Of a stretch of DNA of 64,000 nucleotides, positions 24,024-34,925 are shown one piece after another; the first letter of the stretch is position 1, and each line of letters opens with the position of its first letter. The translations under genes were made by a program, and so were the position numbers. The notes below the pieces were generated by a model. It worked only from the letters and a program-made list of their open reading frames with translations, had not been told where the DNA came from and did not search any database. Location of the stretch: the NCBI GenBank assembly GCA_030704615.1, contig CM060734.1, forward strand, positions 20,026,001 through 20,090,000, read 5' to 3'. Source of the stretch: Takakia lepidozioides (taxonomy: Eukaryota; Plantae; Bryophyta).

Positions 24024-27000
24024 ATGGCATCGTGCAGAAAACTGTGAGGTCCAAGCCTACAGGATCATAGGGGAAAGGATCTGGAGATGGGGACGAGTCT
24101 GGAAAAAGCTCAGAGAATAGCGATGAAGCAGATGAATCTGAAGTGCACTACCTTGACAAGGTGAAAGAACTCATGTCATTCTAGAAGGTAAACTCTCAGG
24201 AGGTTATAAGGGACATGCTCGTATCTGGAGGGCGTCTGGACATCCCTCTATGTCGGATGATATCTATGTCTGTTGTGCGTCCACCTCTTTCCCATGACAT
24301 AACAAATTGGAGAGTGATTTCGTGCATGGATACAGACTTGGTGCACAAGTTTTTTATGTGTCACTGACGGATACAAATGGAAAAAGCACATTAGTGTCTC
24401 CAGAGATCAGTGATACCTGGGATGAGTGCTGGAAAGATGCTAATGAGGAGTTTGAGCTGGGCCTCATGATGGGAAAGAACACCCAGCAATTCTGCAACCA
24501 CATGTTCTAACGTCTGGGACGGCAACCACGATTGCTGGCATGGATGGGATACATTCAGAAACATCATGCGAAAGACAAAGACAAGCATGTTGCTGTGGAG
24601 GCAATGGTTTTGGATCCTGGAAACGACATCGCTAGGCTTCTTACAGCTATGCACGACGTGAACAAGTAAGTCATCCTAGAGATTTCATTCCCTCTGTAGT
24701 GTCTTGTTAATCCCAAAAAAACAGTGTTAAGGAATGCAATGTTTCCAATGTTTTTGCAGATCGACAGAGAAATCGCATGTGACAACAAGCTTGGTCCACA
24801 CACTATTCCGAATTCAGAGGATTGGTCTGATGAAGCTGGATGATTTTCGGACAGTACTCCGCCCCAATATAATCAAGAAGTGCGAAACAGGAAGAGCTGC
24901 AGGCACTTGGTATTCTTTGACTCGAGAGGCGTTTCTGGAGTACATGTATGCGGTAAGCCCGAGTCTGTACTCAGTTTACTTTTTTAATACATGTTTATAG
25001 TTCCTTCGGTGCTAATCACTATTTGAATCAATGCAGCAAGAACTGGCAGAGGCAGCTGAGAAGGGAAAATCCGAATATTACCGCACTACACTAGAGAAAC
25101 TAAGGACATCAAAGGGTGTGGAAGCAGCAATAAAGAAGGAGTTTGAAATGCGAAGAACCAAATTGATGTCCGCCTTCGGAAAGCAGCTTAGAACAGTAGA
25201 TCCTGGACTTGGTTCTGAGTTCCTTCAGCAGATCAAATCTCACTATGACAAGCATGTGCATCCGGAGATGCAGCAGGAGAAATTGAACCGGCTGGCCATA
25301 TCCATGGTCGACCCACAAACAAAAATAAGGTGGCTGGAGATATGGAACTCAAATCAGACAGTAAAGGACTTGAATCAGTTCCCAAAGAGCACCATACAAC
25401 CTGGCACAAAGGTGGAAGGAATCAGTGGTTTGGTGTTTGATAACTGGCTCCACAAGGCTACTTGGAGTCAGGTGTGTATTCAAATAAGCAGTTTTCTTTT
25501 CTTCAATTATGTGATGAATATCTTATTTGCAATACTGAATTTGCAGCTCGAAAAACGCGCCGTCATTGTGCTGGATCAGACTTTGAAGGATTTGAACATT
25601 TCGATTGTTTCCCCTCCCCAAATGTCATTGGAGGCATACATAAGGAAGTGGAGAGGTCTCACCTGGAGATACTGTTTTTTCCGAGAGTTCTCCAAAGATG
25701 GTAACATTTTACGGTCCAACGACTTTGACAGTCAAGTTGGAGGAGAGTGGGCCATGATGCGAGTTGTGTACAGGTGCAATATCATACTGGAAACTCTACT
25801 ACACTTTTTGGGAAATAATTAGGCTTCATAAGGATTGTAATTATAGATCCAAATTGAATGTCGTTGACGACATTCACTTCTTTGTCTGAGTCATTCTTAA
25901 GCGAGAATTTGAATTCACCTGGATTAGGAGCTTAGGGTGTATTTATAGTGTCCCTGATTAGAATTGATAATGTCCCTGAAATGGCGTTGACGACATTCAC
26001 ATCCAGAGTTGTTAAGAGGTCCTCAAAGATATGTAAGTTTTTGTAATGTCCAAAGAGTTTACAGTGAGGGTTCCTCACTCCAGTTTGCTGAATGTCAATG
26101 CAGACATTCAGTTGTTCTGCAATGCTTTTGCCTCTTGCGAGAAATCTTGAGGCTTGATTAGCTGTGTTATCAGAGATCCAAAGTGAATGTCGTTGACGAC
26201 ATTCACTTCTATGTCTGTGTCATTCACCAGCAACAATTTGAATGTACATGGATTAGGAGCTTAGGGTGTATTTATTGGTTCTTTGTTCGGAATTTTGTGA
26301 ATGGGTTGACGCCATTCATATCCAGTGTTATTATGAGGTCCTCAGTGTTATGTACGTTTTGAATGTCCATTGAGTTTTTAGGGAGGGTTCCTTACTTGAG
26401 TTTCTGAATGTCGTTGCCGACATTCAGTTTCCATCCAATGATTTTGCCTTTTTTGAGAAATCATTAGACTTGATTAGCAGTGTATTCACCAATCCAAAGT
26501 GAATGACGTTGACGACATTCACTTCTATGTCTGTGTCATTCCAAAGCGAGAGTTTGCATTCACGTGGATTAGGGTGTATTTGCAGTATCATTGAATGGAA
26601 GTTTTTGAATGGCGTTGATGACATTCACATCCAGAGCTGTCACGTGGTCCTGAGAGCTCCTTGGAGCAGTTCTCAGAGCCATTTCATTTCTTGTTTTTTT
26701 CATTCTGTGCTACTTGCATCTTACTCACTTCGCGATTTGGTGGGTTGGGATTTATCTCCTGTTTAACAGGTACACGAAATATGTGCTTATGGAAGGAAAT
26801 CACCTGAGCGGTATTCCAGACTATCTTGACATGTGGTCGGACCCAGCAAACGATCCAACCATGTATACTGCAAGGATATTGAAGGACTGGAGTCCTTCTC
26901 ACTTCAGAGACTGTGGCTGGTACCTTGACTGCCCACCGGAGTACACGACCTTTCAAGAACAGCACATGAAATATTTGAACAATAATGCTGAGATGTTGGC

Positions 27001-28670
27001 GCCTCTGACTGACGAGCAGTACCAAAGAAACATAGCAACATTGGCTGCCAAGGAGCCTGATGCTCAGGGAACGCCGCAGAAGGGAAAGAAGGCGGGCCGC
27101 AAACCAAAAGACAAGGCTCCTGATGTCATAGCCATCTCACCAGCAAAGCCAAAGGACAAAGACAAGTCCAAAGAGAAGGAGAAGGAAAAGGACAAGGGGA
27201 AGGAGAAAGAAAAGGAGATGGAGAAGGAAAAGGAGAGTGGGCAGGACTTCACTGTTGGAAGATATACCCGCACAATTCAGTGCGTGTTCGATGCCAAGCC
27301 ACACCCTTCCCGTTCTGATTCGGCAGGAGAGATTAAAATTGTCAATGAGGGTTGGCTGGCGATGATGCAGAGTCGAAAGAGAGGATACACTGGGGTGCCT
27401 TCACCTACCTAGGACAACATAATCTCATTCCTCAATCTGGTGAGAATTCCAGCTTTTTTCCTTTTTCTCTTAAAGTTTCATTGGCAGTATTTCAGTCTGG
27501 TTCTTTGAAAACATTCTTGCCATCGTTCTTAAAATAAACATGTCTGTTGCAGGTGAGCACTGGTCCCACCTTCGTGTGCGGTGTGCAGAAAACATATGCG
27601 GCTGACATTGTCATTCTCGACATCCCGGATGGCCAGGCTGTGCCAGAAGTTCTTCCAAAGGGCAAGACGTCAGGCTGGAACAAATTCGAGGACAACTACT
27701 GGAGTTGGGTGTTCGGGTTCTGTAATAATTTCCTCTTTGATGCAGGGACACTTCTGTTTTTTCAGTCATGTGACAAAGATAGTCGTCGGGCATTGGCATC
27801 ATACCTGAAGTCTTCAGGGTTTGAAGTTTTGCGCACATGGAATTGTGTGAACAGCCTCTACTTTGTGAAAGGGGGTTTCCCTGGTTAGCTGGTATGTCGT
27901 CTCCCTTCTGCTTGTGCTTTCATGATGAGTTTCAATGTTCTCTGCAGCTCCACTCTAGAAGAATCTGTCATGATCGACACCGATCATCACCGATTCGTGA
28001 TAAAAATGATTGTTTTATGCCTGAGTTCTGAATAGCCGATGTACACACTTCCACTATAGATTGTGTTTACCACACTAATTTGCTATCTTTGGCAGACGAG
28101 GATGTTCGAGGCAATCTGCCTGCGGAGGATTCGCACCTCAAAGACACCATCCTCTATCCGCAGCTTTGAGATTTTTGACCAGGGTTGTTTCGTCAACCCC
28201 CCCTATGAGCCACATGTCGATGACATTTTGTACAACTTCATGCAGTCCAGTCAGACTCTCAAGAGACCAGATGGCACTCCCTGGAGAGGTGCAAAGGAAA
28301 AATCCCCAGCGTTCATGCAAATACTGCTGGAGTCATGCAGCCACCACTCTGCACGGGTGGTCGATCTTTCTGTGTCCACAGGTTCGTTCTCTCCCTTCCA
28401 AATTGATTTTCTTTCACCAGTTCCATCTGCTTAAATCCCCCCCACCAAACTGTTCATGTCCTCCTGTCTAGTGCAGGAGCAACTTACCATGCATGCAAGG
28501 CAGGCGGAAAAAGCCTTTTTGGCATGGAGGGTGATTCTGACCTCTACAACACAGTGTTCCTCCCCCTTTTGCCTGGCTCCACTTCAGGCACACAGACTGA
28601 TCGGATTCAAATTCGAAATGATGACGATCCCGGAGATAAGCAGGTCGACAACGACTTTTCATGTGAGTAA
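24024..28670 (+). pseudogene. Multi-exon gene: ParB/Srx-like N-terminal domain plus beta-class DNA N4-cytosine/N6-adenine methyltransferase-like C-terminal domain
   Basis: VWDGNH(R)LLAW at ~24512; DIVILDIPDG at ~27605; after splicing 28381 to 28477, WRGAKEKSPAFMQILLESCSHHSARVVDLSVSTGATYHACKAGGKSLFGMEGDSDLY; stop at 28668-28670; several stops and frameshifts. Confidence 0.7.
25845..26640. repeat. ~320-bp tandem repeat (2.5 copies) containing eight ~22-bp palindromes TGAATGTCGTTGACGACATTCA
   Basis: Palindrome copies at 25855, 25977, 26089, 26183, 26298, 26405, 26499 and 26606. Confidence 0.9.
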
Positions 28671-31600
28671 GTGCTAAACCCACTTTGGGAGCCATACTCA
28701 ATTTCTCAATAACATCAAAGTTACAATAATAACTTTTTCAGGCTGTCTTTCAGGAAAGGCAGCAGTGGATCTTCAGGAGATACAGTCATTTGTGGCGAGT
28801 CTGTTTTCGACAGCCCCCTTTCCAATTTTCTGCTTCCTGATTATGCCGAAGCAATGGCACTTCACGCGGCCGAGTCCCTATTCCCTAACTTTTTACTGCC
28901 CGTCAGTAGGTGTAGCCAGCGTAGATCCGGAGTTCTTAAATACTTAGACTTAGATGCAGAGGAAGCGGGGATACATTGTACTGACTCTGAGTCAGACTGA
29001 ACTATGTTCTTTTAATATTCTGTTTCATCCTCTTTGGAAAACGTTGAATCCCCTTCCTCCACCGTAGTTGTTTCTTTGGAAAGAAAAATAATCAAAGAAT
29101 CAACTACCATTTAAATTGCAATATGTATGAATCCATCTCACAAACCTCCCTCACTCTTGTCATATCCATTGTGCTTTCATCTACAGTGTATTCATGCATG
29201 TTCCATTCATGAATGTTTTCTTTTGTTCAACATCCATTGTACATTCATCCTCTGTACTCTTTAATCCACCCCACAAACCTACCACACTCATGTCATATAC
29301 GTTGTGCATTCGTCTAAAGTTATAGTCATGCATCTTCCTCTCATGAATGTTTTCCATTGTTCAACATCCATTATACATTCATCCATTTGACTCTTATCCA
29401 TCCCTCATTCATCCATCTACATTCATTTTTCACACTCATCCATCTGTTTATCATCCAACTGTACATTCATCCATCATTTATTCATCTGTTGCTTTCAGGT
29501 GGGAATGACCACTGCCTTTTATTATGTCGTCCAGCTTGTTTCCGCGGTAAAGGGTGCCAATCCGCGGGAATACACTCCACTTCTTCATGGGCACGTGGTG
29601 ACGCGGCCTTCAAGTGTGATGACGTGGAGTGAACCCCGTGATGTGGCATTGGCGCAAGGTGACGTGGCGTGAGCGCAGTTGCGCTCACGCGCTCACGTGA
29701 CCAGGCTCACGCCGAGGCATCCCTGGAGAGGGAAGATACTTTTTGTCATGTCAAGACAAAGACAGGACCCCTAGGGTCATTGTCATGAAAGAATAATCAT
29801 ACATATCAACCACTTAACAGTGGCACCATCCATCAATCATCAAGCTTAGAAAATCCAGAATTACATCCATGCACAGTATTGTGTTCATGTCAGTATTATT
29901 CATAACCCAAAGAGTATGCCATTGATGCTGATTGACCACCAGTCATGATCATGATACACATTCAGAGGTCTGGGTGGGATGGCGGGTACTTGGCCATATT
30001 TTGGCCTTGATGTGTTGCAGGTCAAATGGTCATACAGATTTACTATCCGCAAGCTGTAATCCAAGCATACTTACTCAAACCGCATGGGTGTCATGGAGGG
30101 TTTTTTTAAAGAAAGAAAAAAGAACACTTGGACATCACAGATTTGAATACCTTGCCCTGCCAGTATTTATTTAGGCTGGTCTGCAGCACAGCTTGCCCCC
30201 ACAGGGGAGGTGGATATGTCTGGTAAGTTTTCCAGAATACCCCTATACCTTTATTTCTTGCTACAGCTGAAAATCAAAGTTCATGACACAGCAAAGTAAA
30301 GATAAAGGACTGCATACACATCTTGTGACAGTATATGATACTGTAAGTACACCCTATTCACATCATTCCACATTTGACCATGTCCAGGGGGTATTTCCAC
30401 TTGACCACCCTGGCTGCCTCAAAAACCAGTTACTAGTTATATTGCTGCCATATTTCAGTGTCAGCCGAATAGCCACAGGCAGAATCTTCACCATACCCTG
30501 GCCTAAGCATCTAGCTAACAAGGCCATCCGGGTTGGAACATAACAGGGGCATTTTACCAACATGGGTACCCGAGTAGCTGCAGCAAACAGTTCCTTGCAG
30601 CCTCTCAATTTATTTCCAACTACCACAAGGTAAGCAAAGCAAACTAGGGCCTGGAAAACAGATGTGTGTCTCTCACACAAGCCATCATAAACCCGGCTGT
30701 CACAACAAAGCAAAGGTTTTCCACTGGCTGGGCCGAAATAGCCCATCGTAGAAAGCATTACACTTGTTCTTCATAAATAAAGGAAGGAAAGAGGAAGGAT
30801 CAAGAAAAACCATAGACTAGTTTAGTTTTTCAACATTTTAAGATGAGTCCCTGGCAAGCGATTCCTTCCCCTGCTCTGCAATCCCCCTTGGCATCCAGTA
30901 GCACCTAGACATCAGTATATCAAGTGGAATCCCTCACCTATGCTCATCCCAAAAACAACCACAACGCATTGTGAGTTAGTGAGGATGCACGAGGTGAGTA
31001 GCAGGCTTCCACACTTGCTATCGAGGTCAAATACACTTCCATCTAAGCGCAGAGAATCAAGAAAGCAGGGAAGTAAGACAAACAGAAAAAAAACATTTTT
31101 TACTGTTTGGGGAAGAGTCGTCATCTCTCCACAAGCCTAACCGTGCAGGGAGGTCTCCACCAACACCACAACACTGCTACCTTAACCAAAGCAAACTCTT
31201 GCCAAGCACAAGAAAAAAGAGCTTGGTCTCAAAAGGTAGGGTTTATAAAGGGAGGGAGAGAGACTTCCTTGTTCTACCAAGACGCCGCCATTCATCAAAG
31301 ATCTAGAGGAGGGCTCCTAGGAAACTTCATAAGCAGGCAGGTGGTACCTCCGCCATCACTGCCGTGGAGTTTGTAGAGTCATTGCAGAGTCTAGTTGCAA
31401 ATTTGGACGTGATGTGGCGTTGACGCGTTAGCGTCACGTCCGAGAAATTTGCCATCGTATGGTACAGCAGCCGGGTAACGAAATACGCTGGCTCCGATTC
31501 TAGGTCGAGCGGGGTGTGCTTCGTACCTTTCCATCACTGCCCCTTCCTTCCTGTTGTTGTCGTACTTGTACTGAAACTGTTTGTGGGGGTGGAGGCAGAT

Positions 31601-32938
31601 TATGATGTCACTAATGCCACTCATATTGTTGTTGTTCAAAACACCAGCCTGGCCAGCCACCATGCCTATCTGCCCAGGCTCGTATCCAAGAGCCTTCCCC
31701 TACGACCTTGTGCTCATTCATGCCAGATCTGTGGCGTGCAAGGTTAGGGATCACTCCGCCAGATCTGCCAGATACCACTCCTGAAACAGCACTAAACTGC
31801 ATGTTGGTTTTAGCATTCAATCCATCAGCCTGGGAATCACAGCTGAGGTACTAAGTAAGGAGGCGACCTTGGGGGAGAATCGTCGCATGGAATGCCTTGA
31901 AGCCAAAAGGGGCCAGTCTGAAATAAAATTGCCCTGATGGGTTGCGTTGCCAGAAAGCTTAGCACCCCGCCACTGCCTGGCAATGAGTTGCCCTGCAACG
32001 GCGCCAAACTTAGGTCCTCGGTGGTTATCTGTTGTTGAAGAGCTCTGGGGGCAGGTTGCATGGCAGACACCAGTTGTGAGGGCTCTTGCGGTGTACTCAT
32101 AAGCTGCAGATTTAGCGTTGCACACCTTGGTCCATTTTGTGACCTCTTTTGCTGGGAACACGGTACAGCCAGGCATGTAAAACAGTCGATTGGAAACACC
32201 AGGGGATGTCGTTTGTACCACTCTAGATGGAGATCGAACATGGTGTAGTGCAAGGTCTTCAAAACATGTAGCAAGCATCGTGCGAAGAGATCTTCAAGCA
32301 AGTGGGTTTGTATATAGCCCACCGTAGGCACTAGTCTGTAGACGGGAAAATGGGCACCCTGCATAGTTCTAGGATAATCATAGTGTCCCGCACTTCGTTC
32401 CACAAAATCGCAGAAGATACATAGTGAATACGGGGTGGGGAGAACGAAACTTGTAAGGGCGCCCGCAGCACCATCGTAGTATAATGGGAGCTCTCGGAAC
32501 AACTCGGACTGGGGCTTAGTAGCTTCAACCTTCGTAGTAAGCCAATGTAGTTGGTGCGTAGGAGCTCGAGTGCACAAAGAAGCATAGATCCTATCCTGAT
32601 ACAGAGGGGGTGGGTGGAAAGACTTCCACCCGCGCAGCGGGTCATTGTCATAGGCAGAGATATCGGGAGTGGCAGTATTGAGCTTGAGGGTGAAAAACTT
32701 AACAGAATCTAGCGATGCATAGCTTAAAAGAAGCGCAAGAGTCAGGCATTATAGAGCAGAGTAACAACTATCCTTAGCAGGACAACAACGCTGCGTAGCA
32801 GCGTGGCGAGCACAAGACTTGGCCATGGCGGTGGCCACAGCTAGAAGCAGAGATCGTGGCAGAGTAGCGGAGCCGCTAGAGAAATTATAAAATAACACAT
32901 AGACGCTAAATAATATAGCAGAACCCTAGATATAAGTC

Positions 32939-34150
32939 ATGACTACAGATTCTGGCGACGGTAATGGCAAGAGGGCGGAGCTCCACCCTCACGATCGTGC
33001 CCTTGTCGGTCCGTCCCTGGTCGGGGTAGGGTCTCCACCCCATCCATACATGAGTGGGAGGCAAGATATAATAATCTTGTTCGGCAACGAGAAGAGGAGA
33101 AGCTTGCATGGAGGCAGAACCATCCAAGGCCGGTTACTAGACGGCCACGACGAAGAGCGGGCCGTCGGAATGTTCATTCATAAAATTTGCCCATGGAATT
33201 TCAGCCTCTAAGTTCATTCCAACAGTGGCTTTGGACTTCAGTTTATGACGTCGTTGCTCAAGGAGAGGTGGTTTCAGATTTGGTGCAAGACATTGCAAGG
33301 GGCCCTCTCAATTCGCGACCTCATACACGGCGGTTTGGGTTCACGGTCGTTATTTCTGCATTTGTGCTCTTGACATGAAACGCAAAACAACCTTTGATTT
33401 TGGCTTGTGTGCCACATATTGGCAAGACTCCGTGTGGGGCAAGGGAGATACACGACCTGCTATGAGCAAACTTGAGTACATTGGAGAGCTTGAGAACATA
33501 CTCCAACTTCAGTATACAAGGTACCGACCTCTTCTCTTCAAGGGAAGGTGGTTCCAGCCACATCTTGTGGGGCCCTCCGCAACACTAGTGCAAGATGATT
33601 GTGGTTTCATGCGCGTCAATGCAGATAGGCTCAACCCTACTCATCGTCCCTCCGATGAGTTTTTTTCACGGCCTTTAGACATGGAGCAAGTTTCTTCTCT
33701 GATGACAAAACAAGAGGGGGGAATTGGAAGGTGGTTGTGCATGCTCAGCCAAGAGGAAGACATATCTATCATGGTCTCGGATCTCTATGGGGTGAGGCAA
33801 TTGCGGTGGACGGAGAGACTGGTCATAATGATGCTGATGATGGAGGTTAGGTAGAGGGGGTAGAGAGGATGATGACACCCCGGACAATGTATCCCAGATC
33901 CTATATGATGAAGCTTCAGGAGATACGGATGTTGGAGAAAGAGACGAAGACACGGCCATTGACAACGAGGTGGAGGATGATTCGGAGGTGCCTTTTGAGG
34001 GCCGGGCCATTTATGACGATGACTCCGATGACCAAAAAGACTTGCAGCTTGATGAGGATGAAGAAGCTCCGGATGATGATGTTCAAGTTGATAAGACACA
34101 AAATCAAAGCTACATAACAATTCTCGCACCAAACTGTACCCATCCCTTCG
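32939..34150 (+). pseudogene. Stand-alone DUF4216 (CACTA TnpD C-terminal-like) gene with acidic tail, frameshifted
   Basis: TTFDFGL...EYIGELENILQLQY...PLLFKGRWF...QDDCGFMRVN; D/E-rich C-terminus. Confidence 0.7.
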
Positions 34151-34439
34151 ATTGATTGTATATGTACATGCATATTGTCGCTTATTTCTATGATTGATCA
34201 AATATGGCTGTGGCTGGTAGTCTTTCAAGAAAGAAGGCAGAGACAATGAATATGCTGGAGCAACACATACAGATGTGCTATCAAGAGAATTATCAAAATG
34301 AATGTCACAATCTATAAGAAGGTCCACAACAACAAGCTAAATCATAAAGAAAAACAAACACCCTACCCCAGTACCATATGAAAAAAAAAAAAAAAAACTA
34401 AGAACCCCCAAAGGCCCTAAACCTAAACCTAGAAAGCCC

Positions 34440-34925
34440 TGCCATCGCTACCTGCGACCCCACGCGTCGCAAACTGCGACGCGTTTTCTTGGATTTATGA
34501 GGCCGGGGGTCGCAAATGGCGACGGCAAGCCGTCGCAAACTGTGACCTGTTTTTTTGTCGTCGCAGGGGCCTTTTGCCCTTCATGCCACAATGCGATGGC
34601 CTGGCGTCGCAAGAAATGGCTGCGATGAAATGGCTGTTTTTTCCGGCTTGCGACGACCGGCCGTCGCCAGAAAGGGCTACCTTCTGCCCTTCGCTGGGGG
34701 GCGACGCTTGGGCGTCACATGGAAGGGCTGCCTTCTGCCCTTCATCCGCCCGTACGACGGCCAGGCGTCGCCGCCTGGCCTCGGCGCCAGGTGGCGACCC
34801 GTGGGGTTTGGTTACGACGGCCCGGCGTCGCAAACAGGCTCCACGGGGTTGGCGTCGCACGTTCGGCGCCGCACGGGGCGTGGGGGCGCAGCTGGCGTCG
34901 CAAAACCCCCCCATTTGCTGTAGTG
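34440..34925. mobile_element. Unpaired CACTA terminus with GC-rich subterminal repeats
   Basis: Ends ...ttgctgTAGTG at 34925; many gcgacg/cgtcgcaaa repeats; abuts TnpA coding sequence. Confidence 0.8.

Larger units (their letters stand above)
11765..29725. mobile_element. Mutator-like DNA transposon carrying a SWIM transposase and a ParB-methyltransferase gene
   Basis: Ends CAACGACGCAATGGCGTGAGC and reverse complement CAGGGATGCCTCGGCGTGAGC (15/21 identical); flanks aagagggaa (11756-11764) and gagagggaa (29726-29734); shared GGCGTGAGC and TGACGTGG subterminal motifs. Confidence 0.75.

Noticed and set aside
25855-26628. CRISPR-like array (regularly spaced palindromic repeats)
   Set aside because: Spacers are ~80-100 bp and themselves repeat with ~320-bp periodicity; no cas genes; eukaryotic context
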